This document shows, one piece after another, positions 26,490-38,812 of a DNA stretch of 64,000 bases. The first letter of the stretch is position 1. Every line of letters begins with the position of its first letter. The translations under genes and the position numbers were made by a program. This DNA is from Eutreptiella sp. 'Long Island Sound 2002' (Eukaryota > Protista > Euglenida), in the NCBI GenBank assembly GCA_964036045.1, contig OZ038378.1, positions 38,006,001 through 38,070,000 on the forward strand, given 5' to 3'. The notes under the pieces were generated by a model. It saw only the letters and a list, made by a program, of their open reading frames with translations. It had not been told where the DNA came from and searched no databases.

Positions 26490-26630
26490 CAAGCCTAACC
26501 CGAAGACGAACCCCCTGCCTACCCCCAAGACTAACCCGCCGATAAACCCCAAAACTAATCTCCCGACTAACCGCAAACCACAAAACAACCCCAGTTCTAA
26601 CCCCAACCGTGATCCAACCCAACATTCGCG
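26490..26630. repeat. Degenerate CTAACC(C)-rich tract
   Basis: CCTAACCC, ACTAACCC, ACTAACCG and TCTAACCCC spaced irregularly. Confidence 0.4.
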
Positions 26631-28399
26631 GGACCCAACGACGGGGTCTCAAGAGGTGAAACCTACAGGTGGTACCACCTGTGGTACAGGTGCTATACTG
26701 GCATTGGAGCCAGTCCTGAATACTGGATATCATTGAGAAGGTATATGGTGTCTTGTTGTGTGCAGGGATTCTCAGGGAGGGTTAATTTTTCGAAACTAGG
26801 GTTAATATTTGACAGGTTAATATGAACGTCGGCGACGCTTTCATTTTTAACATTTAAAATATTAAAGGAAAAATTAAAATCAAAAATTAAACCCAAGAAC
26901 CATTTTAATATGTTTTTCCATGGAGGCAGGTGAGATCCCCACCCCAACCCCCGGGTAAAAATGACAGTGATCCCGTAAGGCACCCCGTGGGGCTAGAATT
27001 TCCCCCGTCCGCCCCCCTAAAAAAAAAGGGTCAACTTTCGGTTACAGCATTGTTTTTAGCCCCAACTATTAAACATATTGGGTTTAACATACGTCTCTAG
27101 GGCCGCAATGGTGGCGACGTTTGGGACACTACGACGTATTTCCACAGCCATAACACAATAATTCGTTCATATCATGTAGGGCAAAAGATCTTGTGATGCA
27201 TGCCCCCGGCATTTTGTGCCTACCACTTCCTTAGCACACTTTGCATGAAGCAGTTTTGTTGCACGTCTTTTTATGCACCACAATGAACGCTTGTTCAGTC
27301 ATCCGCACACACCAAACAATAACAAACATAGGGCCAGACACTCCGGTACACCGCAAGCAAGATTTGTTCATTCATGTGGGAAGGTCCATTCACCAAAGTC
27401 TGAATCCGAGATGACGTAGGTGGGTGGGGCATGCATTAGGCGTTGGGTCAGAAGCCGCTCGCATGGGAGGTTACAGGTCCAGTAATTTGGCGTAGGTTGC
27501 GTGGCACTTCGGGTGCCCAATTTGGCCCTTATGCGGAAAAGGGGGCGAGGGCTGAGATCGTTGCCTTCCCAAAACAAGATCCGCATCCCACTCATCACAG
27601 CCGTCCCCATGTCCATTCCCATCCTAATCCTCATCCCAGCACCAACCTCGAGAGCCCCAACACCACCTCCACGGACCCACACTGATGCCTTGGCTCGCAT
27701 GGCTGTTGGATGACCGGATCATCCAAAGCACGGCATGCGACCTGGACAATGCTATGGGAAAGGAACAGAAAAAAAGAGCACTTTGAGTCCATAGGACCAC
27801 GCGCAAGACAACAAAGACAACTTTGTGCAGTAAGCGCCAACATTGGAGACAACACGCGGAACGTCCGGAACGCGCTCAACAGATGGATGATGTCCACGAC
27901 CCCAACTGGAGACAACGTGCAACACACAAAGGGTGACAGGGAAGAATGCAACGCGGGGACATCAAATGCCGCACCCTCGCTCAGCCTCCGCTCCTCACTC
28001 AGGGGGTTCCGGAACAATGGAGTTGCTGTTCAAGTGCTTCATCTCAGTTTGCCCTCGACGATGTGGCATGGGCTCCACTATGGGCACACCGGTGGCCGCC
28101 TCCAAAGGTGGGACTGTGGTGTCCCTCTCCGCGACGGGGCCACATCGACCCTCATCCGCCTCAATCACATCCTCAGGCTATTGCAAGGGCACCAGACAGT
28201 GAATACTAGCAGCGCTGAACAGCCATGAATGCCATAGCAACGGTCATGTCACAGAATGTCACTGAAGATGGCGCAACACTGCACAGTGCAAGCCTTCACA
28301 TCGGGCAAAAGGTCACTTTGTGATGGAACATTCTTTTCTGGTGGAGGCGGCGGCGCTGGTAGTTGTCGGAGCTACGGGTATTGCACTCCACTAGCTAGC

Positions 28400-31300
28400 T
28401 AGCTTGCGGACTGGTAGCGGGCATCATTACCGTCTAGCAGGGCAGTGCTATACGGGTTGCCGTAGTATCCCAACACGCGTGGTGGGGCAAGCAGATAGTC
28501 CCAAGGGTCCCTGTCCAATTGAGGATAGGGGGGCGTGCAAAACATGCCGACACTTTCACAGCCACGTACGAAACCAACATACGGGGCGTGCGGAACACGT
28601 AGAACGCAAGATAGAGGTTCCAAAGCCGTCACAGAAGGTGACACGTAGTGCAAGCAGCACACGTCTGTCGCCTCTTGTTGGCTTTGTCCAACTTTGCTAC
28701 CTTGTGGCACCGCGCCAGGACCCAAGGCTTGTGGCCAACGTTGTTTAGATCGTCCAATTCCGTGTTGAGCAGACAGTACGTGAGACTCACCGCCTTAATG
28801 GTGTGTGCATCCGTGGTGACAAGATCTTCCTTACTTAGTTCCATGAGATGTTGCGTTGGAATACCCCACACATATGAGCACTCATCACCATGTCACAGCC
28901 GACCTCCTCTTGTGCCACAGCCATGCAATGGCGTCTGCGCATCCTCACCGTGAGCTTACTGAGGGGCACGGCCTCGTGGTTCTCTCACGGCTTGGGCCTG
29001 TCCTAGAATAGGGTGTGCATCTTCACACCCCTTCGTGCAAGATGCAAGCGCCTTGACAATGGAACCGGCCGGGTAATGAGCTCCGGCGGTTGGGTATTAC
29101 TCGGTGAGGTAAAGAGGCCCTTCGGTTGATGACTCGACATTCTTGACTCCACGCTCAAGCACCGATTGAATGCACTGCCACCCTGCCTTGGAGAGGTACA
29201 CCACGGCCAAGCCTAGCTCTTGACAGTCGCATAAGAGGGCCCACAAAACACTTAGAACACAGGGAAAACTCCAATGCCGAGGCAGAGACATCACGCTCGT
29301 GGCAAGCCACGTCCGTTGCGACCCAAGACATCTCTGGAGGCAAAGCATGAGGAACACGCATGAGACACAACACGCCCGCTTCAATCCTTAGCCAATTCCT
29401 GAAGTGCCATACATGTGATTGCAAAAAATCTTTCATGAACTCCAAGCTATCCAAGAATCGTTTGTCTTTGCGGAACTGCTCCATGAGGGTGGGTCCCACA
29501 GGCACACCCATCGCATAACCTTCCACATCAAAGTGGACATTTGGATATTTGTGGTTGGCCTTCTCCAGCTTGCGTGAATAACCGCCTCAGCAGCCTGGAG
29601 GAAGGCAGAGTCCATGTCATCGGACAACCAAGCGCCGTTAGGGCGACCATTGCGGTCACCTTGTTCCGCTTTCTATCTGATGTATGCAAGCGCTGCCACA
29701 AGCCCGTTGTGTCCCAACGGTGCACAGCACTCGTAGCGTGAAACACAACAACAAAGACGCGGCCATCGTCCATCTGGTTTAAGGGCCACAGTTGGAGACA
29801 ACGTGCACCACGTGAGCGAATTCCATTATGAGTAGCACTGGCGCCAGAGACGGGCCAAAGAAAGGCCTCCAGAACATGGAGGCCATGCAGCACCATCAAT
29901 ACTAAGGCCAACCAATAGCCGTGGCGTGGGTCATACTCGCCCGTTTTGGAAAACCATTGCTGCATTGCAATGCAGCGCCATTATCTCCATATTGGAAGGG
30001 TCAGCCATCTCCAGGGGCGTCGGCACCTATTGAAATTCCTTGGGATACAGCGAAAGCGCCATCCTCACATTACAAACGTGTAGGCGGCAAGATACGTACG
30101 ACCTCCACAACCCCAAACCCACCGGCGCTCGATATCCAAAAAGGTCAGAGAACCAACACATGTCGGCCATTGAAAAGGTAAAACATCCTGACAGTTAAGG
30201 CCAAAGGACCCTGCACCCCAATACAAGGACCTTGGCACAACGGTCCACGATTGTACTGGGTGAACAAAAGCAGTGCGCAGCACATGCGAACTTGCACTTC
30301 GCAAACGTCATTGAACGTGTGTTTGCCAACAACCTTCACATTTGAGATGCCCGCATCTGACATTTGTTGCCCAGCGACCCCGTTCATACGACACGCAATG
30401 TCATTAGCCGCATATGTAAAATCATCTGCCCCAATTGGGACACAATTGTTTGGATATAAGGCAGCTGTTCCGTGCACGGCCTCCCCATAGCCCTTAGGTA
30501 CGAGAGGCGCCAATCCCCCTCAGTGTTGCCGGCCCCTAATCCTTGCAGACTTCAGAACACGCAAACATGCAAAACACAAAACTCTACCTCCGTCACAACA
30601 ACCATAGCCAACAAGCGAGACGAACGGCACGCGCGCGACACACAGAACACAAACATAAAAAAGGACACATAGAACAATGGAGCCACGCAACAAAAGTGGC
30701 CGTACCGTTGAAATCCTCAAAAAAGAAACGGATTACACAATTCGGATAGGACCCCTCAAAATTTGCAAATTCGAAAAGTACTTCTTGAACGTCTCCGTTT
30801 CGCACGTACCCCGCTAAATCATAGGCAAGGGAATATATTAACCACCCCATCTTCACATATTTATGTGAATTTGAGGGATTTTCAAACAATTGTACCCTTA
30901 ATTCCACGTGCATCCGTTGTCCTCTAGGCGTGCTTATGTGCTACATTGTTGCACAATCAGATGGTAGCGTGGATGCATTGCTATGTCGTTGGGTACATAG
31001 GACGTCCCGGACCCCCAACTGACCTCACTCCATACCAAAATTTTGCTTTGTGTAGCTCTTGTTATGCCTTCCTCTCGGGACATTCTTCTCAAGCTAAGCA
31101 TGATGCTTACATGTTTGAGTGATGCCACGAGTATGCCTAACTCTCGAGTTTCACAACTCCTTGGTGAGTGTGTGACTTCATCCCCTTGGTGTCGAGCCCG
31201 ATGGGCGAAGGCCACCGAGGTTGCCAACCTCACCCTCACGTGCAACAAGCAATCTATGCGTGAATCAACGCAACGCCCTCCTCTTTCCCACATGCGATTA

Positions 31301-31500
31301 CATCGGCCTCCTCGTCTACCAGACTGTCCCCAAGAACGCCGTGCGACACGTAACGGAGTTTGTGGCCCGCCAGGGGCCCGCCTACTTGGCCGCAACGTGG
31401 TGCAGGCAACAAATGAATGGTTGGTCCCACCCCTGATGACCAAATCACTGGGCACCCATCGTGTTGCCCAATACAACATCCTGCAGTTATGAATAGGCTG
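28400..31500 (-). pseudogene. Decayed long ORF, probable DNA-transposon protein
   Basis: Chained minus-strand protein-like frames (31254-31541, 30145-30513, 29528-29965, 29155-29526, 28629-28871) ending in a Cys-rich tail RRQTCAACTTCH. Catalytic motifs are not unambiguous. Confidence 0.3.
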
Positions 31501-32486
31501 CAATACGTACAAAATATATGTGCGTTCAAATTTGGATTCATTTGTTGAGGTTGATATTAATTTATTTTTTCAATCGCCGTGACCGGGAACCTCGAAATAT
31601 TAGCACAAAAACCGCAAAAATTCAGCAACAACAAATCGGCCAAATACCTGCAAGTTCTTGGTCCTTTTTTTTCACGATAGCGGCCGTTTCCTTGTGGCCG
31701 CACACGGCCATCCCAATCACCCACAACTACGTAGTTGTGCAGACCTATGTGCCATGATGGAGCAGCCCAATGGATAATTGGGTCCAACTACCACCGGCAC
31801 ACGGACAGGCAACCCCGCGTATAATGAAGGTCAGCTGGCGCTACCATTCCTCTTACGCGTTGGCTTCAAGGTCGCCACATAACACACCTCAATATCCGGT
31901 TTGGACTCTCCGGTTTTTGTTGCAGCCGGTGCATCACCGGCTGGGGGGGCGGGGAGGTTGGTATGGGTGGACGAGGGGAGGGTGGTCCACCTGGACAAGC
32001 CCATGCGGCTCGGGGAGGTCCGAGGGTGGTGTGGGTGGCAATGGGAGTTGCCGGGGAAGAAATGGTAACGAACCCCCCCCCCCCCCCCCGGAAATGGGGG
32101 TGAAGATGTTTGAGTTGGCGCAACTCCACCTCTTCACCTCTTCAAAAAAGGGGGGGCCACCCACTTGCGATTCATCGCCACCAGCTTGCAGGGGCTGGGC
32201 TTGGGGGGGGAAGGAGTATGGGGCGAGGACCTGGACCTGGGCGCCGACCCGGTCGGCGCTGATGGACATTGGGGGGTTGGACCCGGAGGCGGCGAACCTG
32301 GGGGTGTATGCCGGGATGGTGCACGGCATCGCCTCCCGGCCCAAGTCCAAGCCCAAGCCCGCCGCAACCCCCGCGACTGGGGGCCCCCCGCACCCCCGCA
32401 CCCCCCCAGCCCCCGGGACTCCTTCGCCAAGGCCCTGGGGGCCATCTCCCCCGCCCTGGACCGGCAAGGCACCGTATGTTGGCTGC

Positions 32487-32600
32487 GTTCTAGCGTTGAT
32501 CTAGCGAACCGTTGTGGCGTTGATCTAGCCACCGCCGTGCCGCCGCCGCTAGAACGCCGCTAGAACGCCGCTAGAACAGTTGCCTAGAACGCCGCTAGAA
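32487..32600. repeat. CGCCGCTAGAA 11-bp motif array (copy 1)
   Basis: Tandem CGCCGCTAGAA units preceded by inverted CTAGCG units. Confidence 0.8.
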
Positions 32601-33369
32601 TGCACGTGCATTATGTTTGTGTTCACAGGTTTTGAGCGTGCAGACGTGTGGAGCCGAACCCCGCGGGGGAGACCAGCAGCAGCAGCAGCAGCGGCGGCGG
32701 CGGCGGGGAGAGGACCACCCCCCCCAAGGCCCCCAAACCCAAACCCCCCCCCAAAGCCCCCAAGAAAAAACCCCGCTTCGAGAGTAGCGAGGAAGACGCC
32801 CCCCCCCCGAAGCCCAACAGACCAAGCCCAAGGCCAAGCCCAAGCCCAAGGGCAAGGGCAAGCCCCCCCCACCTCCAAACCCCAAGCCCCCCCCCCCCCC
32901 CTGCAAGATAGGGGCCGGGACCCCTATGGGACTCTGCCAGGTGTGGGGGACACCCGGTATGTCCCTTGGGCGGAGGGGGGCAATGGGGGGACCGTCAGCC
33001 AAGTGACGGTGTTAGGGGATTGGGATGAGGAGTTGGACCCGGTATTCGATGTGTGGTGCCGTAGGTGTTTCCGTATTAGTCGCTGGCACGCGTCCTCGTC
33101 GTATGTTGGGTCTCCGGGAAAAGGGTGCAAGACGTGTTGCGTTCCTGCAATTGGGGTTTGGGGCGTGTCTTGCGCAATGAGTCCAGTGCGCCACTTCTTG
33201 ACCATTTTGTACAAGTAACCGTATCCGTGTACCGCTGCTCTGCGGAGTTTGCCTATCTGTTTCCGTATGTGGTGCTCTTGTGCCTCACCTACCTCCCGCA
33301 ACCGTGTCGTGGGGTCTGGGGTTTCCGACCATGTTATTGTGGCTGGCGTCTTAGTGCGCTTACCCTTGG

Positions 33370-33650
33370 TACACGCTAGAAGACCCCATCTCGTTCTAGC
33401 CTAGACGCCGCTAGAGTGGCTAGAACGACAAAAAGAGGGGGATCCCCCCGGGGGGGGGGGGGGGGTGAGGTGTCTAACCGGGACCCCCCTATCCGTACTT
33501 GGGGGCCCATAGATTTTTTTCACCATTTCATTGTTTTCACCTGATTTTGGAGTCCAAAAAATTTTGGTCCTAGCGGCATTCTAGCGACGCTCTAGCGAGC
33601 GCCGCTAGAGCACCGCTAGAACGGTTCGCGGGCGCGCCGCTAAAACAGCA
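33370..33650. repeat. CGCCGCTAGAA motif array (copy 2) around a G-run
   Basis: GCTAGAA and GCCGCTAGAG at 33375-33426; CTAGCGGC and TTCTAGCG followed by CGCCGCTAGAG and CCGCTAGAAC at 33570-33645. Confidence 0.75.
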
Positions 33651-34280
33651 TGTATGAATGCTCCGCTACTCCTCAAGGAGAAGCTGCCCCGGCTACCATG
33701 GCCAGACGTGGCCAATCACAGGGTCCCGATGCTGAACCCGACTCACGGAGCGCCGGGTCCCCCCCCCCCACCCCCGGGTTAGCCCGGTTAGCCCCCCACC
33801 GCACCCCATAGGTCACTTGGAAGGTCACTTGGCGAGCCGGCGCCGGGTCACTTGGTTGTGGGCTAGCCCGATTAGCCCGGTTAGCCTGATTGGCCCCCCT
33901 GCCCCCCCCCCCCCCCAAGGCCCCCATTCGCGAGTCCTGACACACAGGTTACCCCTCCTTCGTGGTGGGGGGTTGCCGGGGCTTATCCTTGCTCCTGGCA
34001 TCCCCCTTCTTAGCCCCCGTGTCCCCTCCCTTCTCACCCCCCTGGTCACCCCCCACCTCACACCGCTTGTCACCCCCCTCCCCCTCGTCGCCAGCCTCCT
34101 ACCCCTCGTCATCCCCGTCATCCCCGTCGTCGCCGTCGTCCCCCTCCCCCAAGGCCTCCCGGAGGTGGGCCTCCGCCTGCTCCCGGGTGCGGAAGAGGAG
34201 CTCCCCCGGCACCCGGAAGGTGGCCCCCTCTTTCTCCCGCTTCGTCTTCTTCCCCTTCTCCCCCCCCTCCCCATTGGACC

Positions 34281-37200
34281 CATGCTACATCAACCCCAAC
34301 ATACGATGAATACCTTAAGTGCCTGCGGGCGCCTAAGAACAAATCATCCAGTTCCGACGGGGTACCCCCGCACCTGCTCCGGCACTTACCTGAACACATA
34401 CGGAAACCAACTATACCAGGCAATAATCGAAGTCTGGAGCGGACAAAACATCCCTGTCACCTGGCTGCGCTCGCGGGTCGTGCTCATATATAAATAGAAG
34501 GACCCACAGGACCCACACAACTACAGGCCAGTGTACGTATCCACCGCCATATATAGCATACTCACACGTCTCCTCCTGATGCGTATATCTAAGGCCATGA
34601 CCCCAGGGCCTTTCCACATACAACACGGGGCCTTACAAGGCCGAAACACCACCACCCTCGCCACAAGACTACTGAACGTCCTACACACCCAAGACGGGTA
34701 CGTGGCCCACCTAGACGTAACCAAGGCATTACCCTCGGTCCCCCGACCAATGGTGACCGGAATCGTCAAGGAAGCAGGGGCGCCAGAAAACACCACAAGA
34801 ATGCTGGGTGAAATATATCAACACACGCCAGCCGTACTGTCCCTACACGGACGGGACCTGCCCATACGCCCCACCAGGGGAATGAAAGAGGGGTGCCCCC
34901 TCTCCCCCACATTGTTCCTCCTGTACAACGACATGCGACATAGGGAAACCAAGGAACGCTGCCCGGATGCCTGCCTATACGTGTTCGTCGATGACATCGC
35001 GGTACGCGCACCCACAACGGACACATTGCTGCATACCCTAGATACACTACACGAAGTGGCGCATACAATGGGGTTAAGCTTCAACAAAGACAAAACCGAA
35101 GTGTATCACTGGGCCAAAGACTATAGCCTGGAGCCAATCACTTGGCAACACCAGCTGATCCCCGTGCGCCCACGCATATCGACTTACCTTGGCCACGTAC
35201 TAGCCCACCCCACACAAGAAGAAACAGCATGGGACATGGTGACCACACAACTATACCATGACATAGCGGCATACAAAACCCTGCCGCTTAAGGCCCATGA
35301 GAAGGTAGCCATCATGAACGCCGTCCTCATTCCCGGGTGGACGTACAGGGGGCTCTTCCTTGGGAACAGGTCCCGGATGGCTTTGTGGGACGACATACTC
35401 CTACACTACATAAGGGACACACCCGGAATAGAGCAGCAAATGAACAAACACCGACTCACGACAAACCTAAGCCACGGGGGACTAGGCCTACGGCAACTAT
35501 GGTGGTCTTACATCACCCGGTGGATCACACTGGAACAGCAAGAATTACAAAACAGTGGCCCCACATAGCAACTCACCGCAACCCAATATAAATATATCGA
35601 CGCCGTCGGAGCCCTAGGGGGCACGGTGGGCCAGCGCATCTCCCAACCTAGACAGCACCGCCCCCTGTGTGCGGGCCTGTACGATGCAGAAAGCTCGGAG
35701 GAGGACCACGAAATAAGCGCGGGAAGAACACGGGCGGCCACAAACCGCCTGGACTATGGCTGGATGAATCCACCCGACGAACCAACACTCGATGAAACCC
35801 TAAAGGTGTGCCAGACACTACCATACCAACGGAAACTCCACGGGATCACCATACACTACACGGGGGAACCCACAACCACAAGGTGGTATACAGACGGGTC
35901 GAAACAACAAGGGAGAGCAGGAGGAGGAATATACAATGGCAACTACCGCGCAGCATTCCGCGTGCGCGGACCTCAACAGGTGTACCGGGCTAAGACAATC
36001 GCCTGCGCGCTGGCCTCCGAGCTGGCTAGCTAGGGGGACGAAATCATACTCGACAACCAAGGCATGGTCAAAGCCACCCCTATGAAGCGAAAAGGGGTGG
36101 TCAAAGACCAAGACTACTGCGACAAAGGCTATCACAATGCCTCAACGAAACGACTCACCATATGGTGGACCCCTGGGCACCGCACTCTCGAACAAGCAAC
36201 CACGTATATCGACTATAAGGACATACAAGGAAACAACCACTCTGATGTCCTTGCAAATATGGGCGACAACCTGCCCATGGATTCCCAACAACCACAACCA
36301 CACGATATTGTCCTCATTGGACAAATCATGCCCACGCCTGCAAAGGCATGGATCATGCAAGTGTGTAGACAAAAACACACCCCGGAGGTAAAGTGGGTGA
36401 GCTGGCTCCCCATGAAACACTACAGACAAACGCGTGGACCCCTTGGCTTTGGGGACAGGTAAGGTGGTGGGGAACAGGCTCACCCTGGGAGCGATTACCC
36501 GCCCTGTGTGCCAACTATGGGCAACAACACGGGGCACGCGGCAGACGACTAGCATACTGCCCCGCCTGGGGTGAATTCTGGGACCTGTGGCGCAAGAGCT
36601 GGACTGACTGGACCCAGTACACCTGCCAATGGCGGACAACGGCCACCAGCCATGAACTCTGGTTATGCGCCACACTACTCGCCCCGCTGTCCCTCATCGA
36701 TGCCATACCCGCAACAGAAAGACACAAACTACGGGCAGAGGTAGGCCTTTTTCAGTTCCGCATGATCCAGGCCATCCAGACCGTGAGACAGAAATTGGAC
36801 GACCCCACACCACAACAGCCGCCATCACCCCTGTGGCTGACAAGGTTTGTCGCGCAACCACTGCCACCACGAGAAACAACACAAAACCTGCGCAACCAAG
36901 TCGGAGCGCCATTGCGGTGCTGCGCCAGGAACCGTACGTGTAAGGCAGAAACGGCGACAACGGAGCCCATAGACCCCGAACTGCGGCTCCAGGCAGCGCA
37001 CACCGCAAACGATGGGGAGGCAGTGTCTTGGTTTACAAGCATACATGGAACAAGCGAGCCGACGCAGGAAGAGCACACACCAAAACGTCGGTGCCTTGAG
37101 AGCGAAACTACACGGTGGGAGCACTACCTAACGGCCTCAGACAAACTGCCTAGGTAGCACGCACATCGCGCACGCGACATCTACTGTGATGCACACGCCG

Positions 37201-37739
37201 CAGAGACAGCACGACGTCATTTGCAGGAACTATACACAGTGTACACCAACACACTCACAGCCAAGACGGAATACCATCTGCTGGTTACGAACCTGCCGAA
37301 GGAACATATAGAGGCACAGCGACTGCACAACACGTATGCAACAATGTGTCTGGAACGCCGACGATGGTACGACCAGGCAAAACACGACACCGTGAGACGG
37401 TACGCAGACATAAAAACATCACTCCTCTGATACGAGAGGTTTGAGAGACTGCGCACAGACAACGACTTACTACTGGCTCACCACATGCAATAGGCACAAT
37501 ACACATGGCTCCAGCAGGAACGCATCATGAAACTGATGCATGAGACCGAAAGCAGCTACCAACAAAAAATGGCCCCGTACTGGGTTGCATCCAGGCAGGC
37601 ACGACAGACGATCTACCTCATACGGAAACGGCCACGGGAACAGTGCGACCCCACCTTGTGGGAAGTCCCGTTGCAACCATTACCAAAACGACAAAAAGCG
37701 CACTGGGATCCAAACGAGTGGGAAATCCCTCTAACGTAA
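34281..37739 (+). mobile_element. 5'-truncated, decayed non-LTR retrotransposon: RT + RNase H + long C-terminal extension
   Basis: RT motifs SDGVPP, VLIYK*KD..NYRPV, HLDVTKALPSV, RGMKEGCPLSPTLFLLY, FVDD (34984-34995), GLSFNKDKT, YLG and GGLGL. RNase H motifs WYTDGS (35884), YRAKTIA, ILDNQG, WTPGH and GNNHSDVLA. Seven in-frame stops and two frameshifts. No endonuclease or ORF1 in this copy. A10 at 37883-37892 may be the 3' tail. Confidence 0.9.
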
Positions 37740-38784
37740 CAACACCAACCTCAACGGGAAAACATGGGGGCCCAGCCATGAGCTGAAGCCCGTATGCACA
37801 CCCTGGCTTTGCCGAAATCTGTATTTAGCTTCGAACTTGGCCCATAGCGGCACCTGGCACTCTCAGAACTGGCCTATTTGATAAAAAAAAAACCTTGCCC
37901 TTGAGAATTTGCATCTGCACCTCTTTCAAACAGCCGCCGATTTACTCTTACCTGCAAGTAATATTTTGCATGTAGAATTTTTTGAGCAACGGATGCGATT
38001 GACACGGACACATGGAGTCCACATGGGTTGCCTTCTTGGCAAGGCACACGGAAGCTGAAACCACACCAGTACACGGCAGTCCTTACTGCATCGCCTCGTT
38101 CCTGCCTCCTTGTACAAATGAGCCACCCTGCCTTGCAGGTTGAGGAAGGGCTATGCCCGACTCCTGCCTGTGGCCATTATTGCATATGAGTCTCCAGTAG
38201 ACATCAACCGATAGACATCAACCAGATGATTACTCTGTGTTGACGTCCCTGGCTGTGTTTTTCATTCGCCGTCCCCATGCATATGGAATGGACATTCAGT
38301 TTGCTAGCACTGACTGGCAAGGACTGCTTTTACTATGAGCAAGGAAATGTTGTGTGATGTGGCCAGTATGCATGTCAATAAGGCAACTGGTGCGAAAGAG
38401 GCATTTCATTGACGCAAATGATTTCTCTGCCCAGGAGTTGCACAGTGTTGAGAAGTAATGTGTGGAAATTGGACAACATAGCGGAACAGAGTAAGTGAAC
38501 CGGCTCCAGAAACTCTGTGTGGATGACTTTACCCAGCCAAACAGGGTCAGCCACAGCCCTCTTGTCTCCATGATGCAGTGCACCCTGACTTGAAACCTGC
38601 ATCCTCGGGCCATTGGGAGTGCATAAAACAGCAGTGCCCTTTGTCAGGCAGTGCCCTTTGGCGACTGGTGGGGTTTGGCCTTGGCGAGTGACTGCCTGGT
38701 TTCTGCATCAAAACACTGGAAACAAATGGCCCTGTACCCTGTGTCTCCCCCTCACGTCTTTGTGGCTTCCCCCCACCCACCCAC

Positions 38785-38812
38785 CTTTCTCTCTCTCTCT
38801 CCCTTTCTCAAG
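38785..38812 (+). promoter_or_regulatory. Polypyrimidine tract + AG splice acceptor (cis or trans)
   Basis: CTTTCTCTCTCTCTCTCCCTTTCTCA-AG immediately before the point where GC3-rich codon usage begins. Confidence 0.55.

Noticed and set aside
31770-33300. Long Pro/Gly-rich ORFs on both strands
   Set aside because: GC-rich low-complexity sequence with C/G homopolymers gives stop-poor frames; no frame could be assigned a product.
34281-37739. Non-standard genetic code (TAG read-through) making TE ORFs intact
   Set aside because: The same ORFs also contain frameshifts, TGA/TAA stops and altered catalytic residues, and the intact exon has no in-frame TAG. Mutational decay explains the pattern better.
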